64,000 bases of DNA from Longimicrobiales bacterium (GTDB lineage: Bacteria > Gemmatimonadota > Gemmatimonadetes > Longimicrobiales > Gaopeijiaceae): the NCBI GenBank assembly GCA_965116905.1, contig OZ220732.1, positions 96,001 to 160,000 on the forward strand. Direction: 5' to 3'. The notes beneath the pieces are model-generated. The model saw only the letters and a list, made by a program, of their open reading frames with translations, was not told the DNA's origin and searched no databases. The position numbers were made by a program, and so were the translations under genes. Positions within the stretch are counted from its first letter, which is position 1, and each line of letters opens with the position of its first letter. Positions 28,830 through 38,495 of this stretch are shown one piece after another.

Positions 28830-29999
28830 TCAACTCCCTTCCAGTTCCGTCCCCTCGTTGAGAATCGCGACGTACCGACGGTACGCAAACAGCCGGCCGC
28901 GGCGTCTGCCCGTAACCTCCCCGACGATGCCCTGGTCGACCAGCAACTCCATCGCTGAGGATGCACCGGAAAAGGAGAGGCTCGCGCGCTCGGCAGCCTC
29001 GGTAATCGACAGAATGGGCCGTTCCCTGAGCGCGGCGTAGACGCGAAGCGCAGAGCCAGCGCGGCGTCCCAGTTTCTCGATTGCGTTTCTGTCGTTCGCG
29101 AAGAGCTCCAATAGCCTTCTGGTAGTGTTCACCGCCCCCGCCGCCGTGACCTGCACACCTTCCAGAAAGAACTCGAGCCACGCCTCCCAATCGCCGGTCT
29201 CGCGCACGCGGTCCAGGAGTTCATAGTAGGTGCTCCTGTGTTGCTTGAGGTACAGGCTCAGATACAGGAGGGGCTCCTGCAACACGCCGGCGTGGATCAG
29301 AAGGAGCGTGATCAGGAGCCTTCCCACCCTCCCGTTACCGTCGAGGAACGGGTGAATGGTCTCGAACTGAGCATGTGCCAGCCCGATCCGGACCAGCGTA
29401 GGCAAGCCGTCGTTCCGTGCGTGAAGGAAACGCTCCAGGTCCCCCATGCAGTCCTGTACCGCCGTGTGGGGCGGGGGCACAAAGGCAGCGTTGCCCGGTC
29501 GCGTACCCCCGATCCAGTTCTGCGAGCGGCGAAACTCGCCAGGGTCCTTGTGGCTCCCTCGCCCGCGCGAAAGGAGTACCCCGTGGATCTCCCGAATCAG
29601 CCGGTTCGAAAATGGGAAGTCCCCGGCAAGCCGAAGTCGGCCATGCTCCATCGCCGCCACGTAGTTCGAAGCCTCCACTACATCGTCGACCGGAACACCC
29701 GGGACTTCGTCCGCCTCGTAAAGGAGCAGGTCGGACAAGGAGGATTGTGTACCTTCGATCTGGGAAGAGAGCACCGCCTCCTTGCGGATGAAGACGTACA
29801 TGAAGAGCGTGCGGTCGGAGAGCATGGTGGACATGCCGTCCAGCCGGCCGAGGCTGATCGCGGCCGCTTCCAGCGCCGACCGCAGCGGCCCGTCAAGTAC
29901 CAGCCCGGGCTTCGGCGGCAACGGCAGGGGTACGAATGCGTTGACCCGCTCACCACCTGTCACGGTGATTTCGTATTTTCCGGTCGGTCCTCGGTGCAT
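28830..29999 (-). CDS. Fic family protein (Fic_N + Fic + C-terminal HTH)
   Basis: EAVLSSQIEGTQ, PGEFRRSQNWIGG, canonical HPFLDGNGRVGR; start set to MHRGPTG. Confidence 0.93.
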   Translation of the reverse strand: MHRGPTGKYEITVTGGERVNAFVPLPLPPKPGLVLDGPLRSALEAAAISLGRLDGMSTMLSDRTLFMYVFIRKEAVLSSQIEGTQSSLSDLLLYEADEVPGVPVDDVVEASNYVAAMEHGRLRLAGDFPFSNRLIREIHGVLLSRGRGSHKDPGEFRRSQNWIGGTRPGNAAFVPPPHTAVQDCMGDLERFLHARNDGLPTLVRIGLAHAQFETIHPFLDGNGRVGRLLITLLLIHAGVLQEPLLYLSLYLKQHRSTYYELLDRVRETGDWEAWLEFFLEGVQVTAAGAVNTTRRLLELFANDRNAIEKLGRRAGSALRVYAALRERPILSITEAAERASLSFSGASSAMELLVDQGIVGEVTGRRRGRLFAYRRYVAILNEGTELEGS

Positions 30000-30202
30000 C
30001 GTTGCGACCTCGCTGCCGGTTTCGGTTATTCCAGAGAAGCGAATAGCGAATGTTGTTATTCTGTTTGAGATCCAAAAACATAATAACGACACCGTCGCGG
30101 TCGAAAGTGGGCGCCGGCGACGTTGCTATTCTGTTTTCTGCAATAACCCGACCCAATAATTCTGTTTTTCGTGTCAAATCAAAACAATCTCCCCTGAAAA
30201 CC

Positions 30203-30895
30203 ATGACTATATCCAGCTCGCGACCCCGCCCAACGTCATTCATCCTCCTCGCCGTCGCTTGCGTCACCGCTTGCGTCGCGATCCCCGAGGAGCCCGATCC
30301 GGTTCTGCTCGAGGCCATCGACTGGTACACCGGCGTGGCTGGCTCGGTGGACAACGACCGCGCCCGGGAATTGCTGGAAGAGGCAATGGCGGGCGGAGGC
30401 CCGCTCGCGATGATGTGGCTGGCCCGGGTTCACTCGACCGGACGCATGGGATTCCCGCGCGACGAGGAACAGGCCCGCGACATCGCCGCCGGGATGATTC
30501 GGGAGGTGCAGCGCGCGGCGGAATCCGGCGTCCTGGAGGCGGTATTCCTGATGGGAACGGCCTACGACGAGGGGCTGGGGAAGCCGGTCGATCACGAACT
30601 CGCGGCGGTATGGCACCGACGGGCGGCCGAGCGCGGCCATGTCCTCGGTGCGCACAACATCGGCAACCAGTACAGCGAGGGACGCGGGGTGGCCGAGGAC
30701 CCCGAGCAGGCGGTGGTGTGGTGGACGCGGGCCGCCGAGCGGGGTGATGCGATTACGCAGCTGCGCCTGGGCGAATCATACGAAGCCGGGCGTGGGGTGA
30801 CACGTGACCTCGATGCGGCGCGGGAGTGGTATGGGCGGGCGGCGGCAGCAGGGAATCAGGACGCCCGCGCGGCGCTGGAGCGGCTGGGGAGCTGA
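30203..30895 (+). CDS. Sel1-repeat lipoprotein
   Basis: Lipobox-like VTAC; repeats YDEGLG..D...A..W..RAAERG and YSEGRGVAEDPEQAVVWWTRAAERG. Confidence 0.9.
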   Translation: MTISSSRPRPTSFILLAVACVTACVAIPEEPDPVLLEAIDWYTGVAGSVDNDRARELLEEAMAGGGPLAMMWLARVHSTGRMGFPRDEEQARDIAAGMIREVQRAAESGVLEAVFLMGTAYDEGLGKPVDHELAAVWHRRAAERGHVLGAHNIGNQYSEGRGVAEDPEQAVVWWTRAAERGDAITQLRLGESYEAGRGVTRDLDAAREWYGRAAAAGNQDARAALERLGS

Positions 30896-31080
30896 GTACG
30901 ACTCGGCCCTCCACGGTGGATGACGGCGATGATCAGCCCGAACAGTCCGAATTGGAGCAGCAGGTAGCCCGTCTCCATCCAGATGAACGACCACGCTTCC
31001 GGCACCGTCTGTTTGGCGACGAAGGCGAGCACGTGTGAGGTCCAGAAGAATGCGCCTGTGATGAGGGCGAAATGTTCGGA
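30856..31080 (-). pseudogene. 3' remnant of a membrane-protein gene, 5' part missing
   Basis: Protein-like hydrophobic stretch FALITGAFFWTSHVLAFVAKQ...METGYLLLQFGLFGLII begins just after the sbcC stop, with no start codon outside sbcC. Confidence 0.5.
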
Positions 31081-31085
31081 CCCCG

Positions 31086-34000
31086 CTATTCCAGCAGCCC
31101 CGCCAGTGCCGAAGCCCCCTCCAGGCCGGCATCTCCACGCGCAAGTTCGTGCCGCTGCGAGCGTGAAAGCCATGTCACCTGGCTGCCCGATACGGTCCGC
31201 CTCACGGCGAGCACATCGTCGATCTGCTCCGCCACGGCAGCCACGTGGGAGATCACTCCCACCATCCGGCCCTTCCCCGACACCGTCGAGAGCGCCTCGA
31301 TGGCGGCATCGAGGTTGCTGCGGTCCAGCGACCCGAAGCCTTCGTCCAGGAAGAGCGACTCGAGGCGGCCGCCGCTTCGGGCCATCATCTCAACCATGCC
31401 CAGCGCGAGCGCCAGCGACCCGATGAACTGCTCGCCGCCGGAAAGGCTGGCGGGAGAGCGCGCCTCGCCGGAGTCGCTGTCAACCACGAGCCACTCCTGG
31501 TCCTCGTGGTCGCCCGGGTCGGCGAACGCGTAGCGGCCGCCGGTGATCTCCTCCAGCATGCAGGACGCGTAAACCAGAAGGTCGCGCGAGCGCCGCAGCG
31601 TGAGCCACTTGAGGAAAGCTCCCGGCTTGAGCGCGGCGTCGAGGTCGCCCAGCGCGAGTTCCAGGGCGGCGACCTCGTCGGCGGTATTCCGGAGTTTCAG
31701 AACATCTTCGAGGACCGCGGCGAACGCGTCGCGGGCACGCTGCGCGTCCCGGGCAACGTAACGGGCGTCGTCGGCGAGCGTGTCGGTGCGTTGAGCCAGG
31801 GCGTCGAGGTCGGTGGCATCGGCGGACGGATCCAGCTGGCCGGCGATCTGGCGCGCTTCCTTCCGGGCTTCGTCCGCGGCGGCGATGGCACGGCGACGGA
31901 GGTCTCCCGCCAGCGTCAACGTCTCGGCCATCGCGTCGCGGAGCCGGTCGATCCCGTCGCTGAGGGCGTCCGTCTCGACCGGATAGTAGAGCGCGGCGGG
32001 GATTGTGATGTCGGAGAACGGGGATCCGGACCCGTCGGAGCTCGATTCGGAACTCCATGAACGGACGGCGTCCGTCAGCACCGCCCGCTGGTCGGCGACC
32101 GCGCGCACGATTGTCTGCAGCGGCGCTTCGACTTCGGTCCTGGCAGTCTCGCCGACCTGCCTCAGAGCCGTTCCCGTTTCTTCGATGCTCGTGCGCAACC
32201 GGTCTCGCTCTTGCTCGCGCTGCCGCAGGATCGCCTCGCGCTCGCGGACTGCATACAGGGCGCGATCCACAGATGTGGTTTCCACCGTTTCCAGCTCCAC
32301 GGGATCGAGCGGCAGGGCCAGGCGAGGACGGAAGAGCGAAGGAATGGACTCAACGTTGCGGCTCAAGCCGTCCACAACCGACTGAACGGCGTCGCGGGTC
32401 GTGCGAATCTGTCCCCTGGTGTGCTTCAGGGACTGCCGGGCGGAGTTCTCGTCGATCAGGGCTCGCTTCTGCGCATCGAGGAGGCTCGCTGCCTCCTTGC
32501 TGTGCTCGTCCAGCCTGGCCTCGGCGTCGCTGAGCCGTCGCTGCACCGGCGCAAGAATCCGTTCCCGATCGGGGAGCTGTTCGTCATCGCCGCGCGAAAC
32601 GGGCTCCCCCAACCCGGCCGCGCGTCGCAGCCGCTCCAATGCGGCGCTCGTCTCGGAGCCGAGCTCTTCCAGCCCCTTCTCGATGTCCGCCATCGTCTGC
32701 CGCGCGGATTCCTCCCGTGCCTTGAGCCCGGCCGTGGTTCTGCTCACGTCGCGCACTCGCGACCGCGCCGCCTCGAGCGCCTGCTGCGCGGCGTCAAGAC
32801 CCTGATCGGGCGGCGCGGCCCACCCTTCGGGCAGGTCGCGCCAACAAACCGGACATTCGTCGCCCGTGTACAATCCGTGGGCGGCGGCAGCAGCGGCGTT
32901 CCCGCGCTGCGCGGCGGCCAGCGCCGCTTCCGCCCGCCCGGCTTCGTCCTTCGCGCGACCTTCGTTGGTCGCTGCGGTGACGAGCCGCGCTGCCATGTCG
33001 GCAATCTCCTCGCGCCGCCGGGCCCGCTCGCCACGCGTCGAGAGGAGGCGGTTCAGCAATTCGTCGCACTTGTCATACAAGACTTCGACACCCGACAGGC
33101 GATCGCGGGCGGATTTGACGGCATCTCCGAGGGGCGCCTGCTGCACGGAGTGCCGCGCCAGCCGATTGTTGGCGGCATCGAGCGTTCGCAGGGAGCTGTC
33201 CGCGTTCCTGCTGGCCGTGGCCTCGTCGGCGATCAGCGCCCGCAGCGTCGCGGCGCCCTCGACGGCCCTCGCGGCCTGTTCCGGGAGCGCGTCCAGCGCA
33301 GCCAGCGCCTGTGCCACCGTCCGATTGTCGGGGCCGTCGTCGGTCGGGATGCTGTTCAGGTCGCGCTTCAGTTTGGTGTGCCGGCTCTCCAGCTCCGCTT
33401 GCTGCGCGTCGATGCGCCGCCGGGCTTCGGCTACGAGAGCAAGCCGGGCTGCGAGCTTGTCCATCGCCTCGGGCGCGACCGTCGCGTCGACGTGCTGCGC
33501 GGCCGCGATGACGGCATCGGATTGCCGCAGGGTGCCGCGCGCGTGCTCGGCCCGCTCCCGGAGTTTGGCCAGGGCCCCTGCGTGCCGAGCGGCTTCGTCG
33601 GAAAGCTTGGTCAGCCGGTCAAGATGCTGCTGCGGGTCGTCCGGCCAGCGTGCCACCCCGTCCTGCAGGCGCGCCCCGAGCGTCCTGACCTCCTGCAGCT
33701 GCCGCCCCACAGCCTCGCCTGCCGCCTCCAGATCGCCGGTGCGCCACACCTGGCGCAGGATCTCGGTGCGGTCTCTCGGTTTGTCTTCGACCAGAAGTCG
33801 TGCGAATCGCCCCTGCGGTAACACAACGGTGCGGAGGAACGCGTCGCTGTCGAGTCCGATCAGCGCTTCGATGCGGTCGTTGACCTGCCGCACTTGCTCG
33901 ACCTTCTCCAGCGTCTCTCCGCCGGGGCCGAAGCAAACCAGCTGGGCCCGGGCCGGCCGGAGTCCCCCCGCCCCCGCCCTCCGGTCCACGCGCGTGACCT

Positions 34001-34253
34001 CCCACTCCTGGCCGGCCACGCGGAAGCGCAGCACCACGCGCATCGTGTCCGACGTGTCGTTCATGAGTTCCTGCTTGGACCGGCCGCCTACCGAGGTCTG
34101 GCCGTACAGGGCGTAGGTCATCGCCTCAAGGATCGAGGATTTCCCCGCGCCGGTATCGCCGATGACGGCGATCTGCGTGCGATGGCCGAAATCGATCTTC
34201 GCCTCGGCCCGGAAGGACCGCAGTCCCTCAATGGAGATTCGTAGCGGGCGCAT
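31086..34253 (-). CDS. sbcC: SbcC/Rad50 SMC-like ATPase
   Basis: MRPLRISIEGLRSF, GDTGAGKSS, LPQGRF, zinc hook CPVC, LSGGE, FLDEGFGSLD, ISH. Confidence 0.95.
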   Translation of the reverse strand: MRPLRISIEGLRSFRAEAKIDFGHRTQIAVIGDTGAGKSSILEAMTYALYGQTSVGGRSKQELMNDTSDTMRVVLRFRVAGQEWEVTRVDRRAGAGGLRPARAQLVCFGPGGETLEKVEQVRQVNDRIEALIGLDSDAFLRTVVLPQGRFARLLVEDKPRDRTEILRQVWRTGDLEAAGEAVGRQLQEVRTLGARLQDGVARWPDDPQQHLDRLTKLSDEAARHAGALAKLRERAEHARGTLRQSDAVIAAAQHVDATVAPEAMDKLAARLALVAEARRRIDAQQAELESRHTKLKRDLNSIPTDDGPDNRTVAQALAALDALPEQAARAVEGAATLRALIADEATASRNADSSLRTLDAANNRLARHSVQQAPLGDAVKSARDRLSGVEVLYDKCDELLNRLLSTRGERARRREEIADMAARLVTAATNEGRAKDEAGRAEAALAAAQRGNAAAAAAHGLYTGDECPVCWRDLPEGWAAPPDQGLDAAQQALEAARSRVRDVSRTTAGLKAREESARQTMADIEKGLEELGSETSAALERLRRAAGLGEPVSRGDDEQLPDRERILAPVQRRLSDAEARLDEHSKEAASLLDAQKRALIDENSARQSLKHTRGQIRTTRDAVQSVVDGLSRNVESIPSLFRPRLALPLDPVELETVETTSVDRALYAVREREAILRQREQERDRLRTSIEETGTALRQVGETARTEVEAPLQTIVRAVADQRAVLTDAVRSWSSESSSDGSGSPFSDITIPAALYYPVETDALSDGIDRLRDAMAETLTLAGDLRRRAIAAADEARKEARQIAGQLDPSADATDLDALAQRTDTLADDARYVARDAQRARDAFAAVLEDVLKLRNTADEVAALELALGDLDAALKPGAFLKWLTLRRSRDLLVYASCMLEEITGGRYAFADPGDHEDQEWLVVDSDSGEARSPASLSGGEQFIGSLALALGMVEMMARSGGRLESLFLDEGFGSLDRSNLDAAIEALSTVSGKGRMVGVISHVAAVAEQIDDVLAVRRTVSGSQVTWLSRSQRHELARGDAGLEGASALAGLLE

Positions 34254-34257
34254 CCGA

Positions 34258-35532
34258 TCAGCCGGCGTCCCCGGGGACATCCGGCTCCGACCCGAGGCTC
34301 AGCGCGCGCAGAGCCGCTTCGGCGCGTATCGTGAGCGCCGTCACCCCGAGGTCCGGTCCTTCCTCGCCGCCGGATCCGGCCACCGCCTCCCGGAAAAGCT
34401 CCTGGACCGACGCAAGTGGTGCCTTCGTCGCCCGGCCGGTCGCTGCCGTCGTCCGCCACTCGGCAAACAGATCGTCGATCGCGGGTTCGCCGCGGTCGTC
34501 CGTCTCCGCCTGCGAGATCGCCCTGACCCGCCGGTTCGCCACCTCGTTCACCAGGTTGAAGACCACGCACCCCGGTGACCACCCGGCCACGCGGTCCGCC
34601 AGATCGGGAATCGGGTCGTCGGAGGTGACCACGGCCTTGAGGAAACACCCGTCGAGCCCACCATCGCGAGCCCGGGCCTCCAGCTCGCCGAGTGTGCCGG
34701 CGAAGCTCTCCAGGCGCCGGCCCGGGGGCAATTCCCGCTGGTCCACCCGCACATCGTCGCCGATCGTGACCACGACGGCGTGCTTGCTCTGTTGGCTCTC
34801 GCCATAGTCCAGCGGGACGAGCGACCCGGCGTACCGGCCGCGCGCGCTCCCGGGGAGCTGCTGCGGGTCGTGGATGTGCCCGAAGGCGCAGTAGAGCGCG
34901 CGGTGCAGGCCCTTCGTGTGCGTGGCGTGGTCCTCGCCCACGGTGAAGCGGCGTTCGGACTTGCCCGGCCGCGCGCCGTCGACATGCAGGTGCGCCGTGT
35001 AGAGGACGATGCCTTGCGGGCCGGCCGCCTCACGCGCACCGCCGACCACCTGGTCGTTGAGGCTGCGGATGCCGTCGGCGTAGTCGCCCTCGAAGCGCGA
35101 GGCATCGGCGGTCGCGTAGTCGGTGATCGCGCCGGGTGGGATGAACGGGACGCACGCGAGGGCGACGGGGACTTCCGCGAGCTCGTCGAACTCCAGGACG
35201 CGAGGTGCGGTGACGAACCACAGGCGCCGGGGCGAGGCCACGCCCGCCATATTGTCGAGAACATCGAAGAGTGCCGCCGAGTCGTGGTTGCCGCTGATCA
35301 CAACGGTCGGGGCGATGCGGGCCAGCCTTTGCAGGGCCGTGACCCCAAGTTGCAGAGCCGGGTACGGAGGCCGGTATGCGTCGAAGAGGTCGCCGGCGTG
35401 AACGATCAGGTCGGGGCGCTCGGAGGCGGCCACGTCCAGTAGCCCCCGCAACGCTGCGCGGTGGTCCTCAATCCTGTCGTGGCGTCCCAGCTTCGCCCCG
35501 AGGTGCCAGTCGGCGGTGTGGAGGAGCTTCAA
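34258..35532 (-). CDS. sbcD: SbcD/Mre11 nuclease
   Basis: Probable TTG start; HTADWHLG, AGDLFD, SGNHD, AHL, FGHIH, YAGS. Confidence 0.93.
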   Translation of the reverse strand: MKLLHTADWHLGAKLGRHDRIEDHRAALRGLLDVAASERPDLIVHAGDLFDAYRPPYPALQLGVTALQRLARIAPTVVISGNHDSAALFDVLDNMAGVASPRRLWFVTAPRVLEFDELAEVPVALACVPFIPPGAITDYATADASRFEGDYADGIRSLNDQVVGGAREAAGPQGIVLYTAHLHVDGARPGKSERRFTVGEDHATHTKGLHRALYCAFGHIHDPQQLPGSARGRYAGSLVPLDYGESQQSKHAVVVTIGDDVRVDQRELPPGRRLESFAGTLGELEARARDGGLDGCFLKAVVTSDDPIPDLADRVAGWSPGCVVFNLVNEVANRRVRAISQAETDDRGEPAIDDLFAEWRTTAATGRATKAPLASVQELFREAVAGSGGEEGPDLGVTALTIRAEAALRALSLGSEPDVPGDAG

Positions 35533-35542
35533 GGTTCTGACC

Positions 35543-37366
35543 CTACAGCTCCACCTTCGGCCCGGACATCGCCGTGAGGTTGGACTGGATCGCATCCGTC
35601 CGCCCCCTGTCCCCCGCCTCGTCGGCCTCGGCCTCGTCGGGATTCGTGGCAAAGGGCGGGAAGGGGAAGCGCAGCGGGATCGGCTCGGGAACGATCGGCT
35701 GTGACAGCACCATGGTCCCGGGCATGAAGCGCGACGCGCGCTCGCGCAGCGCAGACGAGAGGAAGCGGTAGGCGTCGGCCTCGCTGGCGTCCAGCCGTCC
35801 GGCCACCTTGAGCGACGCGTTGCGGGGAAGCGCCGGGGCGACCGCCGAAGCGGCCTGCTGGGCGCCCACGAGGAGCACGCCCAGGGACCGTCCGCGCTCG
35901 GCGATGTCCACGAGCAGCTCCCGCAGTGGGGAGTATCCCTTCGCGGGCGCGTACTTGTTGAGCTCGTCCAGAACCACGAACCGCAGCGGCACGCGACCGG
36001 TCCCCTGCTTCTCGCGCCACACGCCGTCCAGCAGTGAGCCGACCACGAAGCGCTGGGCGTCGTCGTGCAGGGTGGAAATGTCCACCACGTGCAGCCGGGC
36101 GTTCTCCGACGACACGGGCTCCAGCCCGCAGCCGATCAGCGGTCCGATGTGCTTGCGGAGCCGCAGGAGCCGACGCAGATAGGCCTGGCGGGTGCCCGAC
36201 TGGGTGCGTCCGAACCAGGCCTTGAGGGCCTCGTCGTCGTCCCGGTTGGCCATTTTTTCGGTGAAGTCGACGAAATCCCCGAAGTCTTCCATGACATGGC
36301 CGAGGGCCGCGGGCACCGATTCCGGCTCCTTCGCCGCGAGTCGGTCCGGGTCGAAGCTCGTGTCCTCGGGGACGGTCGGGAGGATCACCACGGAGCCCGT
36401 CCGGCCACCCTCAAGCCGCCGAAGGTGCCGCAAGAGCTGAATGCGGAACTGCTGCTCGATGAAGCCGACCTGGGTCGAGCGGTCGTCCTCGGAGGTGAAG
36501 CAGAACTGGAGAAGCTGGTCACGGATGAAACGCTCCGGGGTCCATCCGTAGGCGTGTACGTCGGCGGTGTCGCGGGATTTGACCCCGGGCACGGTTCCCG
36601 AGACGCCGGGTCGGCGGGGGGCATACAGGCGTACCGAGCGGAAGGGACCGGGGTTGTCGACGCCGAGGGCGCGCCACTGCGTGCGAGCATTGGGCCGCCC
36701 GGGGAACTCGGAGTTCGGACGGTCCAGGTGGAGCAGGTCCTCGCCCTTCGTGTTGAAGACGAGTGCGCGCACGTTCTCGCGCTCGGCGCGGCCTCCGAGC
36801 AGCGCCATCCCGCTGTCGGTCTCCAGGAGCTGGTAGAGGATGTAGAGCGCGTACGAGGTCTTGGTCGCCACGCCCGAGATGCCGGAGATGGAGAAGTGCC
36901 CGCCGGACCGGCCGTCCACGAAGCGCATGTCGGCGTAGACGGGCTCGCCCCCCATGTCCACGCCGACCGGTAGCTTGCCGCGCTTCATCTCGTCCTCGAA
37001 CAGGGCCATGGCGCGGTCCGCACCCACGGCGCGCATGGCCGCGGAGCCCGCGTTCGGGGCCACGAAGAGCTCGGGAACGACCCGCAACACCCGCACCTCC
37101 GCCAGTCTCAGGTGCTCGGCAGGCATGATGCGGTCGACGACGCGCGCGGTGTCGGAGGGCAGGTCGGCGCCCTCGAATCGGCTGCGCAGTTCGGTGACGA
37201 TCCCGTAGTGAGTGACGTTCGTCCCGCCGGGAAGCTCGGTGCGGACCGCGATCAACTCGTCCAGCTGGACGGTCACGCCGGGATCGAGGACCACCCGAAA
37301 GTCGCGCGAATTCGTGCCGCTCGCGCCGTCCACGAGCCCGATGCGGGGGTCTCGGGGGTCGCTCAC
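35543..37366 (-). CDS. herA: HerA-family ATPase/translocase (HAS barrel + ATPase)
   Basis: GTG overlaps the nurA stop; variant Walker A SGISGVATKTS, FNTKGEDLL, Walker B VLDELNKYAP, ERGRSLGV..GAQQ. Confidence 0.88.
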   Translation of the reverse strand: MSDPRDPRIGLVDGASGTNSRDFRVVLDPGVTVQLDELIAVRTELPGGTNVTHYGIVTELRSRFEGADLPSDTARVVDRIMPAEHLRLAEVRVLRVVPELFVAPNAGSAAMRAVGADRAMALFEDEMKRGKLPVGVDMGGEPVYADMRFVDGRSGGHFSISGISGVATKTSYALYILYQLLETDSGMALLGGRAERENVRALVFNTKGEDLLHLDRPNSEFPGRPNARTQWRALGVDNPGPFRSVRLYAPRRPGVSGTVPGVKSRDTADVHAYGWTPERFIRDQLLQFCFTSEDDRSTQVGFIEQQFRIQLLRHLRRLEGGRTGSVVILPTVPEDTSFDPDRLAAKEPESVPAALGHVMEDFGDFVDFTEKMANRDDDEALKAWFGRTQSGTRQAYLRRLLRLRKHIGPLIGCGLEPVSSENARLHVVDISTLHDDAQRFVVGSLLDGVWREKQGTGRVPLRFVVLDELNKYAPAKGYSPLRELLVDIAERGRSLGVLLVGAQQAASAVAPALPRNASLKVAGRLDASEADAYRFLSSALRERASRFMPGTMVLSQPIVPEPIPLRFPFPPFATNPDEAEADEAGDRGRTDAIQSNLTAMSGPKVEL

Positions 37367-38340
37367 GCGGCCTCCTCGTCGAGGTTGTGCTGCATGACGG
37401 CTTCTCGAACGGCACGCACCGCGAGACGCGAGTCGCCCAGGAGGTGGTGAAGGTGCTCTTCGAGCGCCGCGACGGGGGTCAGGTTTACAGGCGCGCGGGC
37501 GTTGCGGTGCGGCGCCGAAGCGAAGGCCGGAATCCACCTCGCGGCGCGGTCGACCGTTGCAACGGCCTGGCCGCTGCCCGAACTCGCGGGCACCTCCAGG
37601 CGCGCGATCCCCGCCCATGGTCCCGCCCAGGGACCCGCGTCGCCCACCCGGATGTAGCACGCGTAGCGCTCGTCCTTCATGGCGAACAGGCTTGTCCGCT
37701 CGCCTACGGCCAGGCGCGGTACGGCCTGCCAGTGCTCGACCGCCAGCGTGCGCCGATGATGGGTCTTTACGTACCCGACCACGTGCGTCGCGCGGCTGCG
37801 ACGCATACCGTGCAGCGGCCCATCGAAAACGACCATCCAGTCGTCCGCCACCAGGCCGTCGGCGATGTCTGCCTCGGTGTCCCGCATGAGGCGCTGCAGG
37901 TGCTGCGACGCCGCGTGGGGTTCCTCGCTGTCGACCGAAAGGGGCGTCCAGCGCCACCCTCCAGGATGCGGTCTCAGCCGCACCTGCTGCCCGCCGGAGA
38001 AGATCACCGCGCGACCAATCTCCGCGTTTCGGATGACTGCCGGGCCGTCCGGACCGATCAGGACCGCGCCCGCCCCCCACGCTCCCGCGAGCCCGGTGAT
38101 CGTTTCCCCCTCCGCGTTCGTGTGGGTGAGGTGGGCCTCGGTTCGCCTCACTCCGTCCACGAAGCAGAGGTGAACCGGTGGACCCGCGTCCGCAGGCTGG
38201 TGAATCCGGAAACGGCCTCCGTCCTCCACAATCCGGCACTCGACCGTGTGCTCATCCTCCTCGTCGGCGCGAAAGCCGGCGCCATGGGACACGTCGAAGG
38301 GTTCGACGCCGATGAAGGGGCGGCTCGCGGCAACGGTCAT
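37363..38340 (-). CDS. nurA: NurA-family nuclease
   Basis: FVDGVRR, VVFDGPL, VGYVKTH, RAPVNLTPVAALE; adjacent to herA. Confidence 0.82.
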   Translation of the reverse strand: MTVAASRPFIGVEPFDVSHGAGFRADEEDEHTVECRIVEDGGRFRIHQPADAGPPVHLCFVDGVRRTEAHLTHTNAEGETITGLAGAWGAGAVLIGPDGPAVIRNAEIGRAVIFSGGQQVRLRPHPGGWRWTPLSVDSEEPHAASQHLQRLMRDTEADIADGLVADDWMVVFDGPLHGMRRSRATHVVGYVKTHHRRTLAVEHWQAVPRLAVGERTSLFAMKDERYACYIRVGDAGPWAGPWAGIARLEVPASSGSGQAVATVDRAARWIPAFASAPHRNARAPVNLTPVAALEEHLHHLLGDSRLAVRAVREAVMQHNLDEEAA

Positions 38341-38405
38341 TTCGAAGCAGCCGGATCGGTACCGATGACAAGGCCGACGGGCGGAGAGGTCAGTTGTTGG
38401 CTCAT
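38337..38405 (-). CDS. Possible 22-aa leader ORF coupled to nurA
   Basis: MSQQLTSPPVGLVIGTDPAASK; its TGA overlaps the nurA ATG (ATGA). Confidence 0.3.
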   Translation of the reverse strand: MSQQLTSPPVGLVIGTDPAASK

Positions 38406-38430
38406 ATCCGATCTTCTAAGATAAGCCAAC

Positions 38431-38465
38431 GGCCCCGGGGCCGGCACGAAGCCGATCCCGGGGCC
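38431..38465 (-). terminator. GC-rich hairpin downstream of TonB receptor 2
   Basis: GGCCCCGGGGCCGGC-ACGAA-GCCGATCCCGGGGCC; homologous to the hairpin at 42970-43006. Confidence 0.6.
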
Positions 38466-38495
38466 GCCGCCCGCCGGAAGACCGTCAGCAACCGC

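Noticed and set aside
37367..38239. N-terminal extension of the HerA ORF (898 aa in the track)
   Set aside because: Overlaps nurA out of frame; the likely start is the GTG at 37366.
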